From: Atractiella rhizophila
Lineage: Eukaryota
Direction of reading: 5' to 3'
Length of the DNA: 64,000 bases
Assembly (NCBI GenBank): GCA_021432655.1
Contig: MU271411.1
Coordinates: 1-64,000 of the forward strand
In this document: positions 50,231 to 63,206 of the stretch, piece after piece
Layout: every line of letters begins with the position of its first letter
Numbering within the stretch: the first letter of the stretch is position 1
The notes under the pieces: model-generated
The model's database searches: none
Seen by the model: only the letters and a program-made list of their open reading frames with translations
What the model was told of the DNA's origin: nothing
Position numbers and translations under genes: made by a program

Positions 50231-53200
50231 TCAACTTTTTTTTTCTCCACTTATAGTAGACCGAGCAAAGGAAGGTGCCTTTGAGCTTAGCGTGGAGGCT
50301 ACATCGTTGTTTTCTTGCCCCCTAGCCGGAACGTTTTTCTGAGACTGAGATTGCTCTTGGCTCGTGGAAGCCGTAGACCTCTGACCCCTAAACGTTTCGA
50401 CATCTTTGCCCGCCACTATAAGCGATTAGAAAACGGCTGCTGAAGAACAGTTGAAGCACCTCTCACATCGTCTACCTTTTCTAGGTCACGGTTCCCAGAT
50501 GTCTCTGACTCATCCGTTTCGCTTGTCACACTAGCAGCCGATGAAACCTCTTTGATGTCCCAATTGCGATGACTGGCGCCGGGTAAAGCATCGTTGCTTT
50601 CATGAACAGGTTCGTCTTCTGCACTGCTCTCATCTTCGCTATCCCCATCTCCAGTGCTATTGCCGTCATCCTCCTCACTATCGCTGTGAGGAGTACGAAC
50701 ATCCGTCGAAGGCCGTGTTATTGCGATTGACGGTGCGGTGCCTCCAACAGCACTCGTGCTAGCACTCGTTGACGGAAGAGAAGGTCCGGCAGGATGGGGT
50801 CGAGGAGTCTCTGGGACGTCCTCTTGCGCGGCCGGAGGGAGAATCTCGTCATTCGCTTCCTCCTCATCGGAGCTATCGCTGTCATCATCCGCGTCGCTCG
50901 AACTAATAGACGAACCCTCTTCCTCAGATGCCACATGGTGGAATGGCTGAGGATCTGGCGTTGAGGCTGAAGCGTCTTCAGCGACACTCTCTGCATCTTT
51001 GGCGACGCTCTCTACATCATCTGAGTCCTCAGATTCGGTCAGCGGTTGAGATTGAGTAGACGAAGACTGTGGTGGAGGGTCGACGGCTGGTGGAGTAGAC
51101 AGTGATTGGGCGACCGGAGCTTGTGTTCGGGAAGATATTTCAAGTAGAATTGTAGCGTCCGCTTGGTCATCTTCGCTGTCGTCTTCTGAATCTGGGGGAC
51201 TGGACGTGGGCTGAAGCTCTGGTTCAGCTGTTTCTGGGGCTGGTCCCACCGTCTTCGTCGATATAATTCTCTTCCACAAGCAGATATGAGACGTACTTGT
51301 TGTCACAGGAGACGGAACGCCATCACCAGTTGCAGCCTCCCTCTTCCAAGTCTTTTCTGAATTCAGTAGCGAGCCTAGTTCTTCCACTATATTACTCTGT
51401 GCCGCCTCTGCAACGTCGGGAGGAGGCGCTGTCGCCTCTGTCACTTTCCCACCAACCTTCTCCTCGAACTCGTCGCCCCTTTCCAGCAACTCTCCACCAT
51501 CAGATCCAGTCTTCACATTCATCTCTCCGTTCCCTCTACTCTCTTCAGCGCCCTCCTCATCCGAGTCTTCTGCCAGAACAGGTGCCAAATGCTGAGCGTC
51601 ATCTTGCGAAATACTGCGAGCTTCTGTATCCTCAGCATCGCTTTCGTCTGAGCTGTCTAAATCGTGAGGTGCCGTGCTCGCCGTTGCATCTGGCACATTG
51701 CCGATAGCGTCAACTTCTTCGACTGACCCTTTTTGCTGCACAAATTCATTGTCTCTTCCAACCTCCTCCACCTCATCTCGTAGGAAAGGATCTCCCCCCA
51801 CAGCGATGTCGGTAGTGGCCTCTCTGTCTTCCTCGTCCCCGCCATCAGAAAACTCGGATCCCTCCCCGTCAGCTATTACCTCCTCTTCGCCATCGGATTG
51901 CTCGGTTGGAGCTGTCTTTGGCACTTCCATCAATGCCGGCTGCACAAGCTCCACGCTTGTTGCCTGACTTGGAGGTGCAGCCTGCTCGGTTGGTGATCGC
52001 GCCACCTCCTCAGTTTCTTCCTTTTCTTCCTCATCCGATTGCTCAGCCAGAGCCAACGCATGAGCCGAAGTCACCTCCGCTTCTCCTTCACTGTCACTAT
52101 CCTCTTCCTCCTCAGACTGTTCTGCCTCCGTGCCTGCCTGTGTTGAAGCTACCTTCAAAAGGGATCCTTTTCTCTCACCCTCTTCCGCCTTCAACGCTTC
52201 TGGCACTGCGGAATCCGGCGCAGGAGCATGTCTCGAGACAGTCACATCAGTTTCACTCTCGTCTTCATCCTCCTCTTCGTCCTCCTCGTCTGAATCATTA
52301 GCTACCTTGAGAGACTGTTCCGAAAGCACCTCCTTGCCAGCCGCTCGTTCTCCTGGCTCGTTTGCCTCATTAGCGGCCTGAGGAGAGTGTGCAGGAAGCA
52401 ACGGCTTGCCAGCAGCTTCTTCGCTCTCTTCATCCTCCTCGTCTGACTCCTCAGATGAGTCGCTGTCGTGTTCCGAGGGGGCCACTTTTGCTGCTGAGTC
52501 TGTAGCATCCTCTTCAGAACTTTCCGCATCTTCTTCGTCCGAATCATCCGCCTCCCAGATCATCTTGACCACTCTGGCCGCATCCTCCCTCAAACTCTTC
52601 CCACTCTCTCCTTCACCCGCTCCATCTTTCGTTCGTTCATCAGTGAACCAGCCTACAACAGCCTCCTTCGTGATAACTTCTTCTTCCCAAAAGGTGGCAA
52701 TCAAGCGGGCAAAGATAGGACGGTGAGATTCATGAGAGGCACAAAACTGTTGCATGGCGAGAAGGATATCGATTCCGGACTTCGTTGGTTCTTCCAACCA
52801 GGCCGAAACGAGAGGGTTCCACTTCGCAATCACGTTTCGAGCGCGATCAGCCGTCTCTTTCGGAGTTGCAGCGGGTTCGATACGCTCGACCAGGAATCCG
52901 ATCACGGTACGTAGTACAAGGGAATTTTCGACGTTGCTTGATAAACGCAAGGTCTTGAGTTCGATGATGGTCGTCTCCGGTTGAAGGTTCTCGTCGTAAG
53001 CACGCCTGAGAGACTCGAGACAATGCACAATGAACTTTTGGTTTTTCTGTTCGACGGCTGCATTGCCCGAAAGGGACTCGATGTTGGCAATCGCAGGAGC
53101 CTCAAATTCGGAAGAGGGACCGGAAGAAAGGGATTCAGAGGCTGAGGAGGACGATCGCGAGCGGCCAGAAATGGATGAACTCGATGAAGCGGTTGAAGCA

Positions 53201-55385
53201 GCATAGTCGGCGCGTCTGGATCCTAAGTAGGCGTCAGTGGAGGAAGCGGCGAGCGGAATTTCCTACCTAGGTTGTAAAATATTTCCATCCTCTTGTCCCA
53301 ATCCTCATCTTCCTCATCCTCCTCGTCTTCTTCGTCCACATCGTGAGGTTTCGACCATATCCACCCTTTGACTCCATCAACTCCTTCTCCCTCATCATCA
53401 TCCCATCCGATCCACAGATCTTCCACCTCCGCACCTTCATGTACCTCCACTTCATCGCCCAGGATGCAATTCAGAACCCTTGCTCCGCCCTCGATGACTA
53501 CGCCTTCTGAAACAACACTATCCTTCACCACTGCACCTTCGCCAATTACTGCACCTGCCATGACGAAAGAGTTGTCGATGCTCGCTCTCATGCCGATCGT
53601 GACATTGGGGGAAATGGAAGAGCGGGAAATAGTTGCGGACGATCCGATATTGGCAGACGAAGAGATGATGGCCGACGGACCAAGCCTCGCCGAACTGTCA
53701 AACACTCATATCAACAACGACCAAGTTAGGATGACGAATACACACGAATGTACGCTCGCTGAGCTGGAAAGGAACACCTTCCTGGGGCGTAAATCAAATG
53801 TTGATGCTTCTTCAGGCAAGAGGTTGTCAAGACTTAATGGATAGAACCAGCGGCCGGTGATTGCTTCTCGAACGGATTGCCAACTTTTTGGACTCGAGAG
53901 GATTGCGGCGTATTCTCCGGTTTCGGATGGGGACGAAGAGTTGATGGTCGAACATCGCATGGTAAGGTCGAGGATATCAGACTGTAAGACACCGCGAACG
54001 AAGTCGGGAAAGATGGTTTGCCAGTCGAAATTCTCCGTGAATTGAGCTGGGACCTGTTTGCAACAAATATTAGACTACAACTGCAAATTCATCATGCGCC
54101 AACGGGTCACAAACCTCTCCGGTACAAATCCAGACTCCGAGACTACTCAGACCAGTATTCATGACGACCTCTTTCCCGTCCGACAGTATCTCTTTGGGGA
54201 CCTTTAACCGCCCAGTCAGACCCTTTGCTTTGGGGTATTTCGGCGTCTCTGAGTAGTGGACGAGTCCTCCTTGAGGAGTTGTCACGAAGCAAGTAAGGAC
54301 TTCCTTAGTCTATCGCATAGCAATTGTCAGCGTTACCCAACATTGGAGTGGGGAAGGTCCGACGCACCCGATGCCGATCGACTCTCTCACCAGTGCATCC
54401 ATGACCAGTTTCGGGTCTTTCTTCCGCAGGGCTCCAAATTGTGCGCATCGTTCGGTGAGAGGGATGTTACCAATGTAGCCCGCTTGAACGAGGAGAAATT
54501 CACGACCGATGTCGAGAAGATTGAGGGAGTCGATTTCTCGAAGGACGTCTCCTACTGAGAGACATTGGGTCTGGCGAAGCGTTATTCGCAGACTTGAAGA
54601 AGGTAGAGTGCTGCAGCAAATCAGTGATGTAAGAGAAGGTACAGTGCAGGTACGTACGAGAGGTAGTCGCGGATGAAGGGATGACCACGCCGAGCGAATA
54701 TTATTACTTCTTCGACACCTCCAAGCGCGAGTGACTGAAGTGTCCAGCTCAGGATTGGAAAGTCGAGGAATTTCAGGAGGCACTGTTAAACCAGCTCATC
54801 AATCAGCGGAAGTTGAGGACGAAGAGCACTGTCGTCGGCAGAATCAAGGGAAAGGAAGGTCAAGAAGGTGGGGCAGAAGACCTCACTAGGTAAAAGGGTT
54901 CTGGAGTCATCGCCCTTCAGGTTTGCACTCGGCAAATGATATCCAATATAATATAATGAAACGATGCTTGATTTAATGACATTAATGGTTAATTTTGAAG
55001 CGAACGATTTGAGAAAATAATGCCTTGGTTTGACAGAATAACGCCCGATTGATAAAACCAATGGTTCGTCCGATAAATAATTAATGGTTTGAAAAACCCA
55101 TTCTTGATTTGACATCCAGTCTGAAAAGAAGACTGGACATGAGAAGCTACAGCTTATGAAGCTCAAATTTCACATAATGCTAAATCATAAAAGCAAAAAG
55201 CAACGTAGATCGATCAAATTGCACTGAAGAGAACGCACCCATGGCTTCCCTTCTACGTCCTCCTCATCATTATCAACAAGAGGACCCCAATAATGCACAG
55301 CTTCTTCTGTGAGATCAGCAAATACTACTGCCTGAAGCGGCAGCTCTTGGATGGTATCTTCTTTCGAGTCCTTCCCTGCTGCCAT
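50231..55385 (-). CDS. GCD6: eIF2B epsilon subunit with very long acidic C-terminal extension (3' end approximate)
   Basis: LQAVVFAD, KPW/CLL..L.WTLQSL..GGVEEV, SVGDVLREID, FTENFDWQ, RWFYPL, hexapeptide beta-helix, and W2 domain (ESLRRAYDEN..ELKTLRLSSN..IWEADDSDEED). Confidence 0.9.
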
Positions 55386-55681
55386 GTTTCTGACGTTTGG
55401 TGGATGTTCTCGGGTGCGAGATCGGTGGGAGGTGCAGTGATTGGGATCGTCGCACATGGACTGCTGCTGCTGCTGGTGGGGGAGGTGAGCAAGATGTCCC
55501 TACGTGCTGAATGATATCAGTTGCTGAATATGATGAGCTTTTGTTGTGACTGGGAAGAAACTAGGGCAGGACTACAGCCATGGTCATAGTCGCATCCGCA
55601 GCATCATAAACGAAACGACGACGCGTCTTCCAACTACTAACCGACTTGTGTCAGTCGATAGCTAGCTAAACTCAGCCCAAC
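55386..55681. promoter_or_regulatory. Probable bidirectional promoter GCD6/RPN10
   Basis: 296 bp between divergent start codons; contains ACGCGT at 55621. Confidence 0.45.
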
Positions 55682-57834
55682 ATGCCGCTCGAAGCTACTA
55701 TGATCCTGTATCTTCTTTCTAGTTTTTGTGTAATCCAAAGAAACTGACGAGCGGTAGGCTTGACAACTCTTCCCACTCCATAAACGGCGATTACCTCCCT
55801 ACTCGCTTCCAAGCTCAATCCGACGCTTCGACCATTGTTTTTAATAGGAAAACAGGTAGCAATCCTGAGAGTGAGGTTGGACTGATGACTATGGCTGGGA
55901 AGGGGTGAGTCTCTGCTTCTTGTTGTGCTTGTGCAGGTTGTGGGAAGGAGAGTTGTTTCTTTCTTATTTCACCTTGTTATCCAAAAGAGAGTTGTCAATC
56001 TGACCCCCCTCTTGATGGCCTTTGAGCGAAATGTCTGATGAAGCTGAAACGGAGACACATTGAAACCAACCCGGAGTGTGCTCGTTTTGTAGCCCAACTA
56101 GGTTTCTTCCTGTAGACAATCGAATGTCTATTTCTGTGCATATTATAGGCGTAGTCTGCTTTGATATCTTGTGCCCTTATCATCATACGCGCATGCTCCC
56201 GTCGAGGCGGGAATTGAAAGCGTCTGAGTGACTTTCGTTCCGAATCCTGAACTGCTGGAACCTTACCGCTCACGCTTGTGCCAACTGTGGCGATTATTCT
56301 TGGATAAAACCAGATCGTATTGAATGTTTCATGCGGCTGCTGATGGTGATCATGGAGACTATTCTCTAGTACAGAGCCACGGGGAAACATTTGGATTAGC
56401 CTACATTCGCTTAGTAGGTAGCTCAGAGTTACTTTCCCTTACACATTGACCGCTGGGAGTATGTTGTTATCTCGGTCTTATCGCGCATCAATCTCTTTGT
56501 GCAATATGCGTCATTCAAGTGGAGCCATTTCTGCACCATGGGATGGCGAATTGATTAGCCATTGGGCAGCTTGAATAACCCGCGCAAAAGTGGTCAATGG
56601 TTTCCCTCTACGAAGAAAATAATAATCTGTTGATCTCAACTGATTGGCTCGCAGGCCAGAAGTTTTGGTTACCCCGACAAAAGAACTCGGAGCCATTCTG
56701 ACGAGTATACACGAGATCAAACAATCTGGAGAAGCCGATTTTGTGACTTCTATCCAAGTTGCACAAGTACGCATCAATAGTGCACGATTTCTCCCGACCT
56801 GACCTGTCAACAGCTAGCGCTCAAACATCGGTCGAACAAGAACCAGCGGCAACGTCTTGTCATCTTCGTCTCTTCCCCTCTAACCTCACCATCAACCTCA
56901 GTAGGCAATCTCGAAAAGCTGGCGAAGAAGATTAAGAAGAACAACGTCGCTGTGGATATTGTACTCCTCGATGGATATGGGGCGGAAGAAGCAGAAATCT
57001 TAGCTGCGTTGGGAGGGAAAGGGAGCGGTGGGGAGACCACCGAAGAGCGTTTGAGGAAGTTTATTGAAGGGGTCAATAGCAGCGATGATAACAGGTCAGT
57101 TCCCCATCTGTCTATCGGAGGAGACTGACTCAAAGACGTCAGCCATCTTCTCGTCGTTCCTCCCGGCGTTGGTCTCCTCTCCGACATACTCATCTCTTCC
57201 CCCATTCTATCAGAAGACATGCCTGGCGGCTTCGGCGACGGCGGCGGAGACGTCGCTGCTGGTGGAAGTGGAGCATTCGCGGATTCAGGAGGCATCGATC
57301 CGAACGCAGATCCAGAACTGGCTATGGCACTTCGGATGTCTCTAGAAGAGGAGCAGGCCCGTCAACGAGCCGCCGCCGCTTCTTCGTCTTCGTCCACGAG
57401 CGCTGAAGTACAAGCTCAAACTTCAAACGCTGCTCCTGTGGAGGATGCGGATACCGCTGATGCTCCGGCTGGGAAGGCGCTAGCTCAGTCGAAGAAGCGT
57501 AGTGGATCCACTACACCGAGAGCGAAGACTCCACCGCCCGCAAAAAGGCAGAGAGAGGATGAGGATATCGACATGGAGGGAGACGATGATGCGGAGGAAG
57601 ATGATGAATTGGCACGGGCGTTGGCTCTCAGTCGAGGTGGTGCGTCACTCGTCCCCTGTCCTGATGCAGAATTGAAATAACGCCGGAGTAGACGATAACG
57701 CCGGAGTAGACGATGACGTCGACATGGAGGGTGATGATGAAGGCGGAGCAGAAGAGGAAGAGATGAAGCGAGCATTGGCTATGAGCTTGAGAGATTACGA
57801 GAACGAGGACAAGAATCAAGAGAGGCAGGAATAA
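55682..57834 (+). CDS. RPN10: 26S proteasome subunit Rpn10 (vWA + three UIM-like motifs)
   Basis: [88 protein letters not shown]. Confidence 0.95.
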
Positions 57835-58117
57835 GGTCATATTAGTGTAAAGGTCAGATTAAACAGGACAAACACGCTCCATTGGAATATGGAATTGACT
57901 GGCTATCAAGGGTACCACTAAGAAACACTCTTTACAGGCAAACTTCAGAAAAAAGCAAAGCGAACTCCCAGCCTCGCCGCTTTCGCAGCTAAGGTACCAC
58001 CTCTGTGTTGCCCTCTGTGTTGTAAGGTTGCAGTATGGACTGGAAGTTGCGTTGCTGCCTGTGCGCCCATACGGTGAATGTTATGCGATGCGTGCGCTCG
58101 CGACTTGCCTTTTATCC

Positions 58118-59380
58118 TCAATGAAGATCGGGCTTGTCGGTTCCCACAACAGGCGCTATCACATGTCGCTTCCACCGTTGCACAGGGTTTTTGAAGCGTC
58201 GTGCGAGACCAGGATGAACAAGGATGGCCATCAGCGAGCTGAAAATGCCAATCCCAGCCAGTACAGTCTGCTTAGTTTTGGTGAAGTAAGGAATAGCGGA
58301 AATGCTTGCTGCGAGTGCAGAAAAAGCGACCAAAATTGATAGAAATTCTCTTGCAAGGCGAGACAAAGCATCCAATTTTGAAATCTTGATCAGATCATCG
58401 TGTCGTTCCGTCAAGGTCCTACTGGAGTTAACGCCGTCAATGTTATTCATGTCGTCCTCGATCTTTCAAACTCACTTGTATTTCAGTGGTGCCCCGGGTC
58501 TGTGCCATGATAGCAATTAGCAAATAAAGCACGAAAGTAACGACTGGCAAGTACGAACTCCGGTCTGTTCACTGGGCCAAGAAAGTCCGATCGGTAGACC
58601 TTTGTTAACTGGAGACGCCGATGTTGAATTTTCAAGTTCTGTCCATCCTCAACGATTTGATCTCGGATGAACCCACTGGCAACGAGCGGTTCTGTCAACA
58701 AAGTAAGCAGCAACTGTACGAGAAGGACAACGCATACTGCTTTCATCGTCTATAAAAGTACTTAAGACGTCCACGCGAACAAAAGCATCGATTTCTCCAG
58801 ATTTTGGTTCTGAAGTTGATTCTACATGAATTTCAAAATATGCGTACTGTCAATGGAGTGCAAGTCAGTTCGCCTACGTGAGTGTCATATTTTGGATGTT
58901 CGTACTGGGAAAAAGCAGGAATGATAGATATCTTTAGCGGCCCTGGTGCACGAGAACCGCGGTACCTTCCCTGGCCCTGACAACACCGTAACAGCCCACA
59001 CATTGGCTGGTCATTCGTTTCAGATAGCCAATTTCTTCGCATAAGAGAAATAGCCCACAATCGGTGTGATATGAATTGAAACGTATACTTTTCAGGTCGT
59101 GACGATCCACGGCCCCCCCAATTCCGCCTCCACTGAGACATCCTGTAGAAAATCAGTCAAAGTGACGCAGGGTCTTTGGGACACGACCTAGGGAATCTCT
59201 GACCAAGGCAAAAACCTTGTGGTGCAAAACAGCAGGTCTCATCTCCAAGGTAGCCTCGTCCTTCAAGCGAGTTACTTCGTTCTCCAATACTGCAATCCTC
59301 GCCTCCAAGCGTGTGAATTCATCCTCACAGTTGCGAGCGGGAGCCTGCGACGAGCCAGTGGAGGAGATGCCATTGGACAT
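58118..59380 (-). CDS. Multi-exon paralog of the 39154-40409 protein (one hydrophobic hairpin); ends approximate
   Basis: Manual splicing gives VWAVTV..IYHSCFFP/YAYFEI..DDESKPLVASGFIRD..IQHRRLQL..RSDFL..LVAFSALAASISAIP, collinear with the 39 kb protein. Confidence 0.65.
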
Positions 59381-59802
59381 TGTGCCTTTCTTGGCGGATG
59401 AAGGAGGGCACGATGGGACAGCTGGATTTGATCACAAAACTCCTTGACCAATTGGATGGATGCTTTAAAGACCTGGCTGCAACCGACCATGCAGGGAATT
59501 ACGAGAGATGTTCACCGCTTGGTCCTGTTCTACTTGCATGATTCGTTGTTGCAATGCAGGCACATTCTGAGGCATTGAACGTACGACACCTTCTTGAACA
59601 TTGAATCGCTGGGTACTCCATCTCATGCATAATTATTGAATGGGGTCGGTCGATCGCAGCACATCGTTCAGTGGAAATTCGTGACGAGGGACGGACGGTC
59701 AAACAGACATCCTGCGATCCAGCCTTGGATCACCATCTTCGCGAGCATTTGAAAGTTGCGCTAGAAAGAGGATCCACACTTCGTGTGAAAGTGAAGCTAA
59801 GG

Positions 59803-60686
59803 ATGTCCTCACAAGAACAAACGCCGTGAGTATTTCTCAAGGCTTTGCCTTATCACGAATTTGTTGTAAGTTGACGCAATTTTCAAGCCCTCCTGTGGTG
59901 CTGAAAATATGCAAGGTGACCGTATACTCCCTTTCTCCAAGTCGTTGTTGCTGATGGGAGTGAGGTCCATTCAGGTGTACCTGCAAGATATTGGCATCAT
60001 CGACCATGATGGGGAGGCTGCCTTAGGACTTCGACTTTCATTTGATTTTGCCAACTCGCAGCATCGAAACCTTACCAAACTCTTTCTAAAAGTCGAATTT
60101 TCTGCGAGTACAAACAACCCTACTCGAATAAAGACCATGTATCCCTACAAGTCATCAAAGAACTGGCCAGTTCAATCCACCAATCATCTGATCACAGTTC
60201 AGCTGACAAAACAATGTAGGAACAATGCAAGACATGAAGGAGATGCAGCGATCGCATATCCTTGTAAATTCGAGGATCTTTTTGGATCGCATAGCGATGA
60301 ATGGTTTGCTCCTCAGCGTGGCGGCTTCCTGCCCATGGGAATTCATAGCCGCAAAGCAACCTGGGTGCTCGAAGGTGATATCATTGGCCATGTTCTACGA
60401 CAAAGGCACTGAATAATTAGCAGGCGAACAACTGATGGACTGGTCTGGCTTTTCCATTGTCGTCGAAACGCGAAATAAGGATTTTGATATCAACGTCGAG
60501 GTTAGAGCTAAATCTCACAGCGAATCTGGCATAATGTCTTTCTTGGGAATACACAAAGAAGTCGCGAAAGCCACACCTCCTCTTTCATCAGGACACGAGT
60601 GGCCCGAGGACTGGCCTGACGCCAAGGATGTGGCTAATTGGAAAACCACGAAAGATGCTGCGGAGAAATGGAGTGCTAAAGTATGA
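59803..60686 (+). CDS. Hypothetical multi-exon protein
   Basis: ATG followed by a GTGAGT intron, then open beta-strand-like exons (59909-60412, 60435-60686). No family recognised. Confidence 0.45.
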
Positions 60687-63206
60687 ATCGTACTGCAAAA
60701 TGTTCTTGTAACTGTACCAGAAGAAATCGTAGGAAGAAGTCGAAATTTGGAGGATACCTTAGTTTGGCAACAAGAGTTAGCCCGCCCGAAATTTTTCCAC
60801 CTCCGCAGGTTGAAGTGGCATTTTTCGCCTCTGAACAACATATCATCAACCTCATGAATGAGACCGTAGCTTCTCCAGTCGCTGTTTCTTCGGAGAAGAC
60901 AAACACTGAGGCAAACGCAAACAAGCGGTACCTCTGCCGCTCAGGCCCTCCGCATCTCTGGCGTCGTAGTGAATCATTTCCTGGACCAGAAGTTAGGTTC
61001 GGAAAGAATGGAATGTGTTAAACGACTTTTGCGCCACATTTGGTTCTAGTTAGAGTTTGAACCTGGCTTCCTACCATCTGCCCGTTTCTCCTTTCTGTTG
61101 GAATTCTGTCTCAAGCAGAACCACCACCACCATCTGTCTCCTTTCCTCTCGTAACATACCTCTCTTAGTCTCGAACCAGCTTTTGTGTGAGGTGGAAATG
61201 GTGGTGGGTGGTGGTGGGTCACGTGCTCCGCCAAACTATCTTACCTAATAATTCGACCACCTTTTCCACCTCACTTAGTCTGGTCCTACCTCATAGAGGG
61301 AAAAGGGAGAAACTCAGAACTTGAATTTTTTTCAACTCAACCACATGTCTGTCCCTCAGTTTTCCTTATTGAGCCTGCAGTACAATTACAATCCGAGTTT
61401 TTAGGTGCATTCTCTAATTCCTACTGATTAATTTTCCTTCTCTTTAGCTCTCACAAAACCGAATTTTGCACAGAGTGAACGAGAGTGTGATGCGTTCCAA
61501 CCACGCATGTAGAAGCTACCAAATTTGGCATGCGTGCTCAATAGGATCTATTGAAAGACTTCCAGAGGACAGGATATGTTTTGGAACATAGAATTTTCCT
61601 CGCTTTCTGACTTCTGCCTTTTACTTACCTCAAGTAAAGTTGTTGATTGCATTTCGTGTTCACTGTTCTTTTTTGATGTTCTGAATTTAATGTCTCAGTT
61701 TCAGGGTCTTGAATGTTGTTTGGGATTCTGTCACACTTTTTGTAGGTTTACCATATTGCAATCCATGTGAAATCTTTACTCTTCTACATCTGTACCTTTG
61801 CAACCATGAGAGCCTGCATCGACATCAGCACTGGAGTAGTGCCCTGATACAATCCGACATGCTATTCTGCACGACGGCGATGACACGTTCTGCCATCACC
61901 TTCCCATCACATCCCGATGTGTTTGACTTGCCACCCAACCACACCATTGTTTCCTTCGTCTGGGAACATTGCTACACTGCCAACTGAGTTTCAGACGTGA
62001 GGGCACTGTACACACGAAAGTAAGCAGATGGACGCACCTCTCTGCACTGGGTTTCGGCTGAGTCCAGACGCTGAGCCGTAATTTCGACCTATTGAAAGAA
62101 GCGTTCAGCGTCAATCTGCCTTTCCCATTCGCATCAGCTGCAATATGACCCGTGATTAAGACTCCTACATCTGGTCAGAGGCTTGGTTCAAGCTTGACAC
62201 TAGTTGCCACAGATTGTCACTGAACGAGTGTTGATCTGTGCACAGCCGTTGAGGTTCGACAAAGTCTGAAAAGCTTCTCCCTCTTCTGTCTGCAGTTGCT
62301 TCTGCCCTGGTCGTGTTTGTTAGCATCTCCTTAAGGGAATGCATATCAATGACTTAGAGAAATAAAATATAGAATCATTTTTCTGGAGGGGTCATTTTCA
62401 GTGAACCACCTTCACCGGTGTCTTCATTCATGTCGATATTAATTTCTGCAATGTTATCGCTTTGAAAGAAATCAGAGGAGGATGAGACTCGAACCCAGGA
62501 GCTGTAGAACCAGTTTAGAAGAACTTGAGGGAATGACAACTGAGATAACGGTGCTCACCTGTTTTCTCATGATGCAACCACGTCTTTGTACCAGAGGGTT
62601 CAAATGACTTCAAAAGAATCAAAGTAGCTTAAATAAGCATTCTTCGTCCATTCCTCAATCCCCTGACTCCCTCATCAGTTGCAATAATGCGCGTTTGTCT
62701 CACTGTTCTATCTGTTTCTATCATTGTTCAGTACTGTCCAAATATTTCAAGCAGCGATTCTTCGTTGCATCATTTATAACCTATCCATTCCAACATATGC
62801 CATTCCGTCAAAGTTACCACATCTTTAACTCTATCGGCAAGTTCATAAAATGTTCAATGATGTCTCTACGATTTTTCATCATTACACTCTTCTATAATAT
62901 CACTTGAATTTGTTTTGTTACTCTTCCAATTGACAAGTAAATCCTCAACGCAATCCTTTACGTTCATATATGTTTTTGTTGTATTTTGTTTGTCGCTCTT
63001 CCCATCAAACAGCTCATTGATAAGTGAAAGGTTTTACATAACCCAAAGCTGAAATCACAATGAAATGATATAGATTAAACAGTACTATCAGACAAACAGG
63101 ATGTACCAACATCAAACAGGCAAGGTTCATACAGTGAGTTGTGCTTTGGATAACTTCGTCTAATTGCAACGTTGCAGGTATACACAGGTAGATATTGGTG
63201 CTTACG

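Noticed and set aside
50718..52984. Ser/Pro-rich antisense and alternate-frame ORFs
   Set aside because: Shadows of the acidic low-complexity GCD6 exon.
54880..54905. U5 snRNA loop-like CCTTTTACC in the GCD6 intron
   Set aside because: It lacks the invariant GCCUUUUAC loop, the closing stem and an Sm site.
56030..56061. Hammerhead-like AATGT-CTGATGA-AGCT-GAAAC-GGA-GAC-ACATT in the RPN10 intron
   Set aside because: Stem II is only 4 nt in total and the cleavage triplet is GAC rather than NUH, so it is not a canonical core. It would need a cleavage assay.
58483..58746. ORF with apparent signal peptide MKAVCVVLLVQLLL
   Set aside because: The hydrophobic stretch is a 46-nt GTATGC...GACAG intron. 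Splicing it extends homology to the 39 kb paralog upstream.
61300..63000. Possible degenerate transposon or gene relic
   Set aside because: No recognisable domain, termini or TSD.
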